DNA of 64,000 nucleotides. It comes from a virus. The stretch lies in IMG/VR virus record IMGVR_UViG_3300045975_000444, positions 1-64,000 of that record; one strand, given 5' to 3'. How positions within the stretch are numbered: the stretch's first letter is position 1; each line of letters begins with the position of its first letter. Below the pieces are notes generated by a model. The model searched no databases, was not told the origin of the DNA, and was given only the letters and a program-made list of their open reading frames with translations. Shown one piece after another: positions 18,962 through 28,718 of the stretch. Position numbers and translations under genes: made by a program.

Positions 18962-19201
18962 GATATCTGTCCGATATATGTCAGCGAGGCAAGCCCGAGC
19001 GGGAAAACGTAACGCCCCCGGCGTGATTCGAACACGCGACCCCAGGATTAGGAAGCCATATTTCGCTTGACCGGCCGCTTCGCTAAGCGCGCGTTATCGC
19101 TCGCGAAGCGCGCGTCGCGCGTCGGGCTGCTCTCTCAGTATCCGGGCGGAGTTTCTCGCGCAAGGGCACCGCACGGCATGGATATGTGTCCGATATATGT
19201 C
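18962..19201. repeat. integrase arm-type direct repeats flanking the attP core
   Basis: GATATCTGTCCGATATATGTC (18962-18982) and GATATGTGTCCGATATATGTC (19181-19201), 20/21 identical. Confidence 0.8.
19013..19054 (-). other. attP core, equal to the 3' half of tRNA-Arg(CCT)
   Basis: TTCCTAA-TCCTG-GGGTC-GCGTG-TTCGAAT-CACGC-CGGGGGC-G: anticodon loop, T arm and acceptor 3' strand; no 5' half. Confidence 0.88.
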
Positions 19202-19282
19202 CGCGCAGAGCGGTCGAAATGAGCACTGGAATCGATATCCTGGGCTCACTTCCGGGGCGATCTTGACCCCGTCCCGCAATGT

Positions 19283-19672
19283 ATGGCACGGTCGGACATG
19301 CCTGCGTCACGCGTGGACCCGTCCGCGACCGTCGCACCGAAGCTGCTCACCATTCAGGAGCTGGCCGACATGCTCGGCCTGAGCTACCAGGCGGCGGCGA
19401 GTTTCATCGTCCGGCGCCTGGAGCCGACCGAGGACTCGCCGGTCGTCTACCTCGGCCCGCACACCAAGCGGGTCCGGCTCGACCGTTGGCTCGCCTGGAT
19501 CGAGGCCCGGACCGGGCAGCGTCCCGAGCCCGACGAGCGCCGCCGCACCTACTTGGCCGGCCTCTCTCGCCAGATGACCGCGACCAACCGAGCCCGCCGC
19601 CCGGACCCGCGGACCATCGACCCGCGGACAGTCGACCAAGCCCTGGCCGACATGGCGAGAGGGAAAGAATGA
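19283..19672 (+). CDS. excisionase-like HTH protein
   Basis: KLLTIQELADMLGLS...VYLGPHTKRVR..WLAWI; divergent from int across attP. Confidence 0.7.
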   Translation: MARSDMPASRVDPSATVAPKLLTIQELADMLGLSYQAAASFIVRRLEPTEDSPVVYLGPHTKRVRLDRWLAWIEARTGQRPEPDERRRTYLAGLSRQMTATNRARRPDPRTIDPRTVDQALADMARGKE

Positions 19673-20007
19673 GGGGAACGCTCCCCTGAAAGGATGCCGC
19701 TTGCAATGAAAATCTCGATCGACGTCGACCTGGCGACCGTCCCCGCCCAGACGCCCCCGCTCACCCTGGACGAGGTCACCTCGGCGCTCCGGGCCGGGAT
19801 CACCCACCTCGACCGGACGCTGCGCATCTCGTCCGAGGCGCGCTCGTTCGGGCTCCTGGTCGTCTCCTCCGAGCGACCGCCCGTCTCGATCGGCAAGGTC
19901 CGGGTCGAGCCCGCGGCGCCCGATCCAACCCCCGCGTGAGACCGGGGACTGACATTCGGGCGCCCGCTCGTAGATGATACCCTCCGAGCGAACGGGGGGA
20001 TCAGAAG

Positions 20008-20433
20008 ATGAGCAAACGGAGCGTCGGGCGAATCCTCGACTTCCTGAACGCCGAGATCGCGGCGAGCGACGACCCCGAGCGGGCCGCCGACGAGATCATG
20101 GACGGCGTCCTCGTCGGCGTCGCCGCCCAGCTCGGCCGCATGGCCGCCGCGCGCGGCGTCGACCCCGAGACTCGCGCGGCCGCACATGCGGCGCTGGTCG
20201 AGCGGATCGCGGTCGGCTGGGAGATGGGTACCTTCCTCGGCGAGAAGATCTTCCGCGAGCACGGCGGCCCGGTCTGGGTCTCGTTCGCGCCCGAGCCCGC
20301 GACCGCGGCGACGCGGCTCGTCTTCGAGTTTTCCGAGAGACCGCCCGAGCATGAGCTGATCGAGACGTATCGTCGCATCTTCGATAAGGTCCACAAGGCA
20401 CTCCTGCGCGCAGGCGTGGAGCCGCGCATCTGA
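20008..20433 (+). CDS. hypothetical protein
   Basis: Coherent ORF within the operon. Confidence 0.55.
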   Translation: MSKRSVGRILDFLNAEIAASDDPERAADEIMDGVLVGVAAQLGRMAAARGVDPETRAAAHAALVERIAVGWEMGTFLGEKIFREHGGPVWVSFAPEPATAATRLVFEFSERPPEHELIETYRRIFDKVHKALLRAGVEPRI

Positions 20434-20440
20434 GCGTCTG

Positions 20441-20968
20441 GTGACAACCTGCACCCAATGCGGGACTCCGGTAAGCCACCCGAGGGTCCGGCGATGTCGG
20501 ACATGCTATTACGCCCGCGGCGTCGACTTTTGGTCGCGCGTCAAGAAGACCGCCTCCTGTTGGCTTTGGTGCGGCGCCACGGTCCCGCTACGGGGAGGAT
20601 ATGGCGTCGTCGCCCCGAACCGTCGCCGGACCTACGCGCACCGCTTCGCCTACGAGATGCTCATCGGTCCGATCCCTTCCGGCCTCGTGATCGACCATCT
20701 CTGCCGCGAACCTCGATGCGTCAACCCCGCCCACATGCAAGCTGTGACGAGAGGCGAGAACGTGCTCCGTGGCGTCAGCTTCGCCGCACAAGCGGCACGG
20801 CAGATCGGGTGCTCGATCTGCGGCGAGCCGTTCTCCCACACGCGGAGCAATGGGATTCGGCAATGTCGCTCGTGCAACCGACGTCGCGGCCGTGCCTCGG
20901 AGGAGCGCCACAAGGCGCACCGTCTCGAACGCCAGAGAGCGCGGCGTGCCCATGTCGAAGGATCATAA
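20441..20968 (+). CDS. HNH endonuclease
   Basis: CWLWCG...YG...AHRFAYE..IGPIP..LVIDHLC..PRCVNPAH. Confidence 0.9.
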   Translation: MTTCTQCGTPVSHPRVRRCRTCYYARGVDFWSRVKKTASCWLWCGATVPLRGGYGVVAPNRRRTYAHRFAYEMLIGPIPSGLVIDHLCREPRCVNPAHMQAVTRGENVLRGVSFAAQAARQIGCSICGEPFSHTRSNGIRQCRSCNRRRGRASEERHKAHRLERQRARRAHVEGS

Positions 20969-21434
20969 TCACGAAGACATCACGAGGGCCTTCGCCGCGG
21001 CCGGCGCCTACGTCGTCGACCTCTCGAAGCTCGGCCGCGACAAGCCCGACCTCTTGGTCGGCTTCGCCGGCTGCGAGCGCCTGGTCGAAGTGAAGACGGA
21101 GCCAGACCCGAGGCCCAAACCCGAGCGCATGCGGGCCGGCTCGCACTGCGCCGTCTGCGGGAAGAGCTACCAAGCGCACCGGCGCGGCTTGGTCCGCATG
21201 CGCGACCTCCGGACCGGCGAGCGCTCCGAGTGCGAGCGGTTCGTGATCCAGCTCGTCGCGGCACCGCGTCATGGAGGCAAGCTATCCGTCGGACAGCGCG
21301 CGTTCGCCATCGACTGGCCGGGCTCGCCCGTCCACGTCGTCCGCACGACCGAGGACGTCGGCCGCGTGCTTGGCGAGATGGTTGCTTCGTCGCTCGCTCG
21401 CAAGCGCGGCGACGCTCGCGGCAGTCGCTCCTAA
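20952..21434 (+). CDS. VRR-NUC-like PD-(D/E)xK nuclease with Cys-containing insert
   Basis: KPDLLVG...LVEVKT...KLSVGQRAF..W...VHVVR. Confidence 0.75.
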   Translation: MSKDHNHEDITRAFAAAGAYVVDLSKLGRDKPDLLVGFAGCERLVEVKTEPDPRPKPERMRAGSHCAVCGKSYQAHRRGLVRMRDLRTGERSECERFVIQLVAAPRHGGKLSVGQRAFAIDWPGSPVHVVRTTEDVGRVLGEMVASSLARKRGDARGSRS

Positions 21435-21483
21435 GAAACGCGACGGCCACGTAGTAGCGAGCGACCGCGAGGGAGGGCCACTC

Positions 21484-21681
21484 GTGGAAGCGTATGCATG
21501 GATGATCGGACTCCTGGTCTTCATCCTGGTCGCCTGCATCGTGCTTTGGGGAGCGCGCAAGCTCATGGCGGCCTGGAACGTCGGCGAGCCGCTGGCGACG
21601 ACGGTCTACGTGATCCTCGTCGTGATCTTCGCGGTGATCTTCCTCGTCCGCCTCGGCGCCGGCCTCGGATTCTCGCCGTAA
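21484..21681 (+). CDS. two-TM small membrane protein (holin candidate)
   Basis: Two hydrophobic helices; GGAGGG RBS. Confidence 0.55.
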   Translation: MEAYAWMIGLLVFILVACIVLWGARKLMAAWNVGEPLATTVYVILVVIFAVIFLVRLGAGLGFSP

Positions 21682-21848
21682 GACTGCGCCCGACGGCGTC
21701 GGACGCCGTAAAACTTCGCGAGGTCTTGCTTTCCCTGTAGCACGGGCGTACAACGGCGCTCGCCCGATCGCGGGCCGGAAGGATCTCTTTCTTACCTTGA
21801 CGCCTCGCCCGCGGTCGGCTGGAGGCCCGCACCATGGAGTCGAAAGCA

Positions 21849-21880
21849 AAAGAGCCGCTGGTGGGTGCCAGCGGCTCTTT
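21849..21880. terminator. bidirectional hairpin
   Basis: AAAGAGCCGCTGG-N6-CCAGCGGCTCTTT. Confidence 0.6.
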
Positions 21881-21919
21881 CCATTCTCATCCCCGCGTGA
21901 CCAGAGAGGAGACGTCGCT

Positions 21920-22198
21920 ATGACCGACCGTGTAGTCGGTTCCGACGCGCACGTCAAGCCCCAAGCCATCGCGAAACTCGTCGCCTTGGAGCTGCTCCAC
22001 CACGGCGAAGCTCTGCTTGCACAGAGCGACGCCTTAAAGCGACGGGGCGATGCTCTCGTGAACCAGGGACGCGCGATTCTGATGGCGCTCGATGGATATG
22101 TGCCGCCGCCCGCAGAGTTCATCAAAGCGTTCACGCTCCTCCACGAGGCCGCCGTGGCCGCCGGCCTGGAGCCACGCGAAGAAAGCCGCGGGCCGTGA
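21920..22198 (+). CDS. hypothetical protein
   Basis: GAGGAG RBS; coupled to the next gene. Confidence 0.55.
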   Translation: MTDRVVGSDAHVKPQAIAKLVALELLHHGEALLAQSDALKRRGDALVNQGRAILMALDGYVPPPAEFIKAFTLLHEAAVAAGLEPREESRGP

Positions 22199-23256
22199 CG
22201 ACCGCCGACCGAGCGCTGATCGAACAACTCGCTCAGGCGATCCTGAAGCAAGGCGACGCGATCCTGAATCTCGGGCGTGCTCTCCTGAAAGCGCTCGAAG
22301 CCGGTCGCGTCGAGGCCCCGGCCGACCCTATCGCCGCCGAACAGACGAGCGATCGCCGCGAGCACGACCGTCGCTACCGTGAGCGCAACCGCACCGCCCG
22401 TGCCGAGAAAGAGCGCGCTCGCCGCTCCGCGCGTGGCGTGGTCGAATCACGCCACGATCACGCCACGCACCACGCCACGCCACGCCACGCGGACGGGGGG
22501 GTAGGGGGGGGTTCTTCTTCCGTTCCCCTCTTCTCTTCCGCTGCTGGGATTCCGGAAGAGGCAGGAAGTACGGAAAAGCACTTCGGAAATTCCGGATTGC
22601 AGGTAAGTCACTTCTCTCCTCTCCCGGATTCTCCGGCGGCGCGCGCGATTACCGTGGCGTGTACGCCACGCCACGCCACGCCATCACGCCACGCCACGCC
22701 ACGCGGTGCCACACCGCCGGTCGTCGACGACACCCGCGGTTTCATCCTGACTCCATCCGACGAGCCCAAACCGAAGGCACCGAGGCGCGGACACAAGTCG
22801 ACCGGCCCAGCACCGGGCTTCGAGTATCCTGCGCTCTTCGAGCAGTTCTGGAAGGCGTTCCCGCGGAAGAAGAAGAAATGGACCGCCTACGAGGCTTGGA
22901 CCGAGATCGGTGCCGCCGCGATCATGGACACGATCCTCGCGAAGATCGCCGAGCTATGCGCCAGCGACGACAACTGGCGCCGACGGACCAAATACGTACC
23001 CTACCCTGCGACCTGGCTCCGTGCCCACGGCTGGCTCGATGAGCCAGACGTCGCCACCCCCGAGCCCCCTCGCCTGACCGCCAAGGAGCGCCGCGACATC
23101 GCGCTCCGCGAGCAGCTCCGCGCCCAAGGTCTCGACCCCGATCAGATCATCCCCGACCCGCTGGAGCGGCGCCGCCGCATCGACGAGATCGTGCGCGAGT
23201 CCGAGCATGGAGAGATCGTCATCGACGTGACGCCGAGTCCGCACGGCGGCCACTGA
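22195..23256 (+). CDS. phage replication initiator/replisome organiser-like protein
   Basis: FEQFWKAFPRK...KYVPYPATWL...WLDE C-terminal domain; internal repeats. Confidence 0.75.
   Translation: MTTADRALIEQLAQAILKQGDAILNLGRALLKALEAGRVEAPADPIAAEQTSDRREHDRRYRERNRTARAEKERARRSARGVVESRHDHATHHATPRHADGGVGGGSSSVPLFSSAAGIPEEAGSTEKHFGNSGLQVSHFSPLPDSPAARAITVACTPRHATPSRHATPRGATPPVVDDTRGFILTPSDEPKPKAPRRGHKSTGPAPGFEYPALFEQFWKAFPRKKKKWTAYEAWTEIGAAAIMDTILAKIAELCASDDNWRRRTKYVPYPATWLRAHGWLDEPDVATPEPPRLTAKERRDIALREQLRAQGLDPDQIIPDPLERRRRIDEIVRESEHGEIVIDVTPSPHGGH
22448..22704. repeat. two CACGC tandem arrays, probable origin iterons
   Basis: (CACGC)n at about 22448-22490 and 22663-22704, flanking a lower-GC stretch inside the initiator gene. 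Confidence 0.65.
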
Positions 23257-23485
23257 GTCGCGCGCTGCACTACATCACCGCCGTAGGTCTTACATTTCTT
23301 CGCGACGTGCCGACGAAACTTCGGCGAGCAGGCGACGGCTCGGCCGATTTAGTCAGCTTTCCGCTTGCAAGACCTTGGAGCCCGTCGTAAGACTCCGGAC
23401 CGCAATCCCGAGAGAGAGAGGGGGAAGCCCGGTGAGGACGACGGTTCGCGCCATTGGCACTACTGTCCTTCGTAGTATCGGCCGC

Positions 23486-24004
23486 ATGAACTCGCCGCGG
23501 GAGATGATCGAGCGGGTCATCCGGAGCGGCGGGAGCCTCCGCGGCCAGTGCTTCGCGCGTGCCGACTTAACCGGCCTCGTCGTGCCGCCCTGCACCGACC
23601 TCCGCTTCGTGAACCTAAACGGCGCGATCTTAAACGGCGCCGTGCTCGACGGCTGCCTGCTCGACAACGCCAAGCTCGCGGGCGCGGAGGTCTGGAATCT
23701 CAAGGCCCGCGGCGTGAGCGCGGTCGGTGCCGATTTTTCGCGCACCAACGCCCAGGAGGCCGACTTCCGCGGCTCCAACCTCTCCCAGGCGCGCTTCGAT
23801 GGAGCCGAGCTGCCGCACGCCGACTTCCGGAGCGACGCCGGCTACGGGACGACCCGGCTCGCGGGCGCCTCGTTCGCTCGCGCCTGGCTCCTCGACGCCC
23901 AGTTCGACGACGGCGAGCCGAGCGACGACGAGGGCGCCGAGTATACCTGTATCGTCGCCACGACCTCGGCCTTCCTGCCCGTCCTCGCGCTGCTCTGCAT
24001 TTAA
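23486..24004 (+). CDS. pentapeptide-repeat protein
   Basis: ADLTG, VNLNG, AILNG, AVLDG, ADFRG, SNLSQ repeats. Confidence 0.85.
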   Translation: MNSPREMIERVIRSGGSLRGQCFARADLTGLVVPPCTDLRFVNLNGAILNGAVLDGCLLDNAKLAGAEVWNLKARGVSAVGADFSRTNAQEADFRGSNLSQARFDGAELPHADFRSDAGYGTTRLAGASFARAWLLDAQFDDGEPSDDEGAEYTCIVATTSAFLPVLALLCI

Positions 24005-24156
24005 GCACCGGGCTTTTCCCGAGCCGAGCCTTTCACGGGCGCGCCGCTCCCCGGCTTCGCCATTCGGCTCGAAAATTTAACATTGCGCTCCGCATCGACT
24101 TGGTATCCCGGTTGTGTCCTACATTGCTTCGTTCGCGAGCATGGAGTGAGACGAAG

Positions 24157-25104
24157 ATGGACAGAAACCAGGCTTGGAAGATCGCGCTCCGCATGTCCGA
24201 CACGCGCGGCGATGACACACTCGGTCTCGACGTATCGGAGATGGCCAACGTGCTCATGGCATCGGCCATAGCCGACATGCCGGCCGAGGTCGTGAGCGCG
24301 ACCCTCGACCTGCTCAAGAGCGAGTTCGACCGGGTTACTCCCCGAATCCTCGTCCGCGCCTGCCGCGAGCGCCCGGTGCTCTTAAGGCGCCCAGCGCTGC
24401 CACCGCCCGAGGACGAGAGCGGCCCGGCCTTTCGCCGGGTCTACTTTCCAGAGCGCCCAAACGGCCACGAGCCCTTCCCGGTGGCCGAGCCCAATGAGCG
24501 CGAGCGCGAGCGCATGCGGGTCTTCTACGCAGCGTCGGCGCTTCCGGCTACCGTAGTTTCACGCCCCGATCTAGGTATTCACCCCGAGCACATCGCCCAG
24601 GCCAATGCTCAGCGCGAGCGGGCGATCGAGATCCTCGAAGACGGCCTCAAGGCGATGGACGGCCGCACCGACGAGCTGGAGCCTCACGAGCGCGAGATCG
24701 CCCGCGACGCCCAGCGGCGACTCGACGGGCTCCGCTTCGCCCTCGGCGATCGCCAGGCAGAGGCGAGCAAGGCGCGGCGCCTCTTCGAGGCGACCCTCGT
24801 CCGGCTCGCCGTCCGCATGGCCTCGGAGGGCTCGCTTCGCTGCGCCGGCTGCGGCAAACGCGAGCTTTCGGAGCGCGGCCTGGCCGGCGCGGTTCGCGCC
24901 CTGATGGAGGCGGCGGCGCGCGGCGCCACGACGGGTCACGTCTACTGCGAGCACTGCCGAACCGGCACGCGGCCCGCCGCGGGTAGGCCCGACGCCTGGC
25001 TCGACCCGGAGGTCGGCCTTGCGCCGGAAGAGCTAGAGCGACTCATGCGCGAAGAGGCTAGCGACGCCGACCCGTCGGCGTGTCGCCCTCGATCTCGGGG
25101 TTGA
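24157..25104 (+). CDS. hypothetical replication-associated protein with C-terminal Zn finger
   Basis: CAGC...CEHC; follows the initiator region. Confidence 0.5.
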   Translation: MDRNQAWKIALRMSDTRGDDTLGLDVSEMANVLMASAIADMPAEVVSATLDLLKSEFDRVTPRILVRACRERPVLLRRPALPPPEDESGPAFRRVYFPERPNGHEPFPVAEPNERERERMRVFYAASALPATVVSRPDLGIHPEHIAQANAQRERAIEILEDGLKAMDGRTDELEPHEREIARDAQRRLDGLRFALGDRQAEASKARRLFEATLVRLAVRMASEGSLRCAGCGKRELSERGLAGAVRALMEAAARGATTGHVYCEHCRTGTRPAAGRPDAWLDPEVGLAPEELERLMREEASDADPSACRPRSRG

Positions 25105-25294
25105 GCGGCCAGCGGCTCTCAAAGCCGTGCCGTATCAACGTCTGTACCGTTTGACTCAAGTTCCACTGGTAGCGCTCGCAGAGCTTCTCAAGCATTGCGT
25201 GCTCTTCCTCGGTGAGCCGAACGGAGATCGAGTGAACCTTCTCAGTCTGATCGCCCCTTCTCGACCGAATCCTACCCCGGACTCTACTCGCCAT
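25058..25294 (-). CDS. ribbon-helix-helix regulator (repressor candidate)
   Basis: HSISVRLTEEEHAMLEKLC...NLSQTVQTLI. Confidence 0.7.
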   Translation of the reverse strand: MASRVRGRIRSRRGDQTEKVHSISVRLTEEEHAMLEKLCERYQWNLSQTVQTLIRHGFESRWPLNPEIEGDTPTGRRR

Positions 25295-25402
25295 GTTCGG
25301 TACCTTCTTCCCTTCCCCGCGGCAACCACCCCGCCGAGCCAATGTCTTACAGACAAACCATATCCCTTGACAATACGCGGGGCCAAAAAACAGGATCTTC
25401 GG

Positions 25403-25431
25403 TTGCCTTGTGCACCTACTTGTCTTACATT
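25403..25431 (+). promoter_or_regulatory. sigma70-type promoter
   Basis: TTGCCT-N17-TACATT with TGTCT abutting the -10. Confidence 0.7.
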
Positions 25432-25451
25432 ACCGGCTAAGGTGATCTACC

Positions 25452-25649
25452 GTGAAGCATAGTCCGACGCTAGGGGATACCGAGATACTCGATCAGGTCG
25501 TAACCATCCGCCTCGCAAGCGATCTGCGCCGCCGCCTCTCGTCGGCCGCGCGTACCAAGGGCGTCTCGATCTCCGAGGAAATTCGCCGCCGGCTGGCGGT
25601 TTCCTTCACCCGCCGGGTGGCCCCGGCGTTCGAGGAGGCCCGCGAATGA
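25452..25649 (+). CDS. Arc-like ribbon-helix-helix protein
   Basis: VTIRLASDLRRRLSSAARTKGVSISEEIRRRL. Confidence 0.8.
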   Translation: MKHSPTLGDTEILDQVVTIRLASDLRRRLSSAARTKGVSISEEIRRRLAVSFTRRVAPAFEEARE

Positions 25650-25820
25650 CCGACGACCTCTACCGGCCGGTCGGAGGCTACATGGTCCGGCTCGAAGGGC
25701 CGCCCAAACGGCGATCGCTCCAGGGCGTCGGACTCGTCGTGGCCCTCGCCTGGACCCTCGGATTCATCTCGGGCGTGCTGGTCGCGCTATTAGCTCACTA
25801 GCCCACAAAGGAGGCCCCCC

Positions 25821-26660
25821 ATGGCACAAGCCGCAAAGCTCGCACCCGCTCCGAAGGCCTCGGCCGAGGCCGATACACCCAACCCGGTTCCGCCCAAGAA
25901 TCTGGCGGCCGCGCTCCTCGAAGCCCAGCGCGCGATTGGCGCCGTCGCCAAGGGGTCGACCAACGAGTACGACCGCTATCAGTATACTTCGTCTGACACA
26001 ATGATTGCGGCTTGCCGCGATGCCCTCCACTCGGCCGACCTGCTCTTCGACCGCGAGGGCTGGCGGATCGACCGCACGGTCGAGCCCAACGAGCTGGTCT
26101 CGAAGTTCGCCCTCGAATACCCGGCCACGGGCGAGCGGCGCGAATACGAGGTCGAATGGCCGATCGTCCCGAACCAGAAGCGCCTGACCGCCGTCGACAA
26201 GGCTCGGGCGGGCGCGCTCACGACCTCGATCGGGTATTTCCTTCGCGACCTCCTCCAGGTGCCGCGGGCCGACCCGAACGAGATGGACCGGCGCGAGGAC
26301 CGCGACGAGGAGCCGCCCCAAGCGAAGCCGACCGACGCCTCGCGGACCCTCCAGGCGGAGGTCGCCGCCGCGGTCGGCCTCCTTCGCGACAAGCGCCACG
26401 TGCAGACGGCCGGGACCTACCTCGACCGGGCCGGGCACGACGTAAAGCTCCTTCGCCAGGTGAAGAACTGGATCGACCAGAAGGTCGCCGAGCAGTCGGC
26501 GCCAGCGGCGGGCGACGAGGTGGCCGCATCGGTGCCCGCCACAAGCGCGACGCCGTCCGCAGCGACGCCGTCCGCAGGACCCGAGCTGGTCGACCCGGAG
26601 ACGGGCGAGGCGCTCGACCCCGAGTCGCCGCTCTTCGGCAGAGGAGGCGACGGCCCCTGA
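25821..26660 (+). CDS. erf: ERF-family single-strand annealing protein
   Basis: LAAALLEAQ..IGAVAKGSTN...YQY...GALT...Y.LRDLL. Confidence 0.8.
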   Translation: MAQAAKLAPAPKASAEADTPNPVPPKNLAAALLEAQRAIGAVAKGSTNEYDRYQYTSSDTMIAACRDALHSADLLFDREGWRIDRTVEPNELVSKFALEYPATGERREYEVEWPIVPNQKRLTAVDKARAGALTTSIGYFLRDLLQVPRADPNEMDRREDRDEEPPQAKPTDASRTLQAEVAAAVGLLRDKRHVQTAGTYLDRAGHDVKLLRQVKNWIDQKVAEQSAPAAGDEVAASVPATSATPSAATPSAGPELVDPETGEALDPESPLFGRGGDGP

Positions 26661-27047
26661 GCTGGAAGAAGAAGCATCTCGCGATCCCCGAGGACCCGAG
26701 GATCGTCGCCGAGCGCGAGCGCTGGCTCGACATGGTCGACCGCGCCACGCTCACGGCCGCCCAGGCGATGATGGAGGCGCACATGCGCCGCGAGCTTCGG
26801 CTCCCGGTCGCACCACTGCCCGAGACCCAGACGGAGGCCCGCACGATGGACCAACGCCAGGAGCGCGAGGCGCTCCTCGAAGCGATCGCCCGGCTGGCGC
26901 AGCGCCGCCGCCAGCTCGAAGTCGACCTGGCCGACTTGGACCCCGACGGCGCCGAGCAGCTCACCGAGACCACCCGCGAACTCGAAGACCTGCTTGCCCG
27001 TGCCGGCCTCCCGGTCAGGGCCGCCCCAACCTGAGAGAGAAGGAACG

Positions 27048-28055
27048 ATGATCACCGAGACCGAGACCCTCAATCTGTTCCGCCCCGAGCCCGAGCTTGA
27101 CCTTCGCCTGACGACCGACACCCGCCCGGCCGTCAGAAAGAAGCCCGAGAAGACGAGCCGCGTCTACGTGAAGGACGGCCGCCGCTACACGCGGGTGACC
27201 AACGTGATCGGCATCCTGGATAAGTCGAACCAGTTGACCTCGTGGGCGGGCGGCGTCCAGCTCGAAGCCGACTTCGAGGCGGCCATGGTCGCCTTCGCGA
27301 CGACTCCAGCCGGCGCCACGATGGAGGAGTTCCGCGAGTGCATGCGCCGGAGCCTCGTCGACACGTGGGGAACCGCCACGCCCAAGCCCGGCGATGTCGA
27401 GGAGCGCCCGCGCCTGGCGCACCGGGTTCACAAGGAGACCGCCCAGGACCGCGGCACGCTCGCCCACGAGCTACTCGAATGGCACGTGAACGCGCTCGTC
27501 GGCATCGACCAAGGCCCCGAGCCCGAGGTCTCCGAGGAGGTCCGCCAGCTCGCGCGCTCCGGGTGGCGCTTTCTCAAGTCGCTGCACTTCGACCCGCTCG
27601 CGGTCGAGCAGACCATGTTCCTCGATACCGACGAGTTCGGGCAGAAGCTCGAAGTCGCCGGCACCGCGGATCTCATCTCCTACGTCTCGATCGACGAGCT
27701 GACCTCGCTCCGCTATGGCGTCCCGACCCTGCCCTTCGGCGTTGCGGTCTTGGATTGGAAGACCTCCAAGGGCTTGTACCTGGAGCACCGTATCCAGATC
27801 GCCGTCTATAGCCACATGGCGCGGCTCTGCGGTCTAACCGACCACCTCGCGCCGGGTCTGATCGTGCGCCTACCGCGCGAGCCTGACCAGGATGCGAAGA
27901 TCCACTGCGTTTCTCCCGAGGAATCCGAGTTGTTCTGGCAGATCTTCAAGGACCTCGCGCGCGTGCATCGCGCAACGAAGCCGCTGTACGACGCCGATCG
28001 TCGCGAGTATTACCGCGAGCGCAAGCGCGAAGAGGCGATGAATGCCAACCGCTGA
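27048..28055 (+). CDS. PD-(D/E)xK exonuclease
   Basis: RVTNVIG...RGTLAHE...AGTADL...VLDWKTS...QIAVY. Confidence 0.85.
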   Translation: MITETETLNLFRPEPELDLRLTTDTRPAVRKKPEKTSRVYVKDGRRYTRVTNVIGILDKSNQLTSWAGGVQLEADFEAAMVAFATTPAGATMEEFRECMRRSLVDTWGTATPKPGDVEERPRLAHRVHKETAQDRGTLAHELLEWHVNALVGIDQGPEPEVSEEVRQLARSGWRFLKSLHFDPLAVEQTMFLDTDEFGQKLEVAGTADLISYVSIDELTSLRYGVPTLPFGVAVLDWKTSKGLYLEHRIQIAVYSHMARLCGLTDHLAPGLIVRLPREPDQDAKIHCVSPEESELFWQIFKDLARVHRATKPLYDADRREYYRERKREEAMNANR

Positions 28056-28172
28056 CCGGACAGCCCGGAGCGGATCGAGAAGATCCGCGTGGGTGAGGAA
28101 GGAGTAAAGAATCGGGGCGATTGGGCTCGAACGGGAGAGCGGCCGGGCGGGCGGAAAGGGGTTGTTGAGGAG

Positions 28173-28718
28173 ATGAGCGAGGCAGAAGCGGCCGAGGAGC
28201 TGGAGAGCGAAGGCCCGCCCAGAGTGAAGCGCAAGCGCGCCATGCTCCAGCACCCGATGGACAGGTTCCTGTCGCTGATCGCCGCCGTCGAGCGCGCCAA
28301 GGGCACGCGCTGCGTTCAGCGGGTCATCCTGGAGGCGACCGAGCCCGAGGGCTGGACGATCACGATCGACCTGCTCGACGACGAGCACGGGCGAAAGCGC
28401 GAGTCGATGCACTACGACTCGCCCGACGAGCTGGCCGGGACGCTCTTTCGGAGCATCATGGCCGAGTTTGGCGCGATCCTCTCGGCGCGCGCCCGCGAGG
28501 CCGAGGAGGAGCTGATGCGCTGCCGCTCGGCGATCGTGCGGACGCTGCCGCCCTCCGAGCGCGTCCCGGTGACCACCCGGCGCCGCGCCCGCCGGGCGAG
28601 CGTCGCGGCCAAGCCCAGGCGCCGCCGCCACCCGGTCGCGCCCGAGCCCGAGACCAGCGAGGTCGACTCGCACCCGCTGCCCTTCGAGACGCCACCCGAG
28701 CCGAGCGACGGCCCGTGA
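28173..28718 (+). CDS. hypothetical protein
   Basis: GAGGAG RBS. Confidence 0.55.
   Translation: MSEAEAAEELESEGPPRVKRKRAMLQHPMDRFLSLIAAVERAKGTRCVQRVILEATEPEGWTITIDLLDDEHGRKRESMHYDSPDELAGTLFRSIMAEFGAILSARAREAEEELMRCRSAIVRTLPPSERVPVTTRRRARRASVAAKPRRRRHPVAPEPETSEVDSHPLPFETPPEPSDGP

Noticed and set aside
17752-19035. Integrase start at 19035
   Set aside because: It would run through attP; ATG 18942 has a good RBS
19013-19090. Complete tRNA-Arg gene
   Set aside because: The 5' anticodon stem, D arm and acceptor 5' strand are missing; treated as the attP core
27048-28055. Cas4 as part of a CRISPR system
   Set aside because: No Fe-S cysteine cluster and no cas context; it is the usual exonuclease partner of ERF
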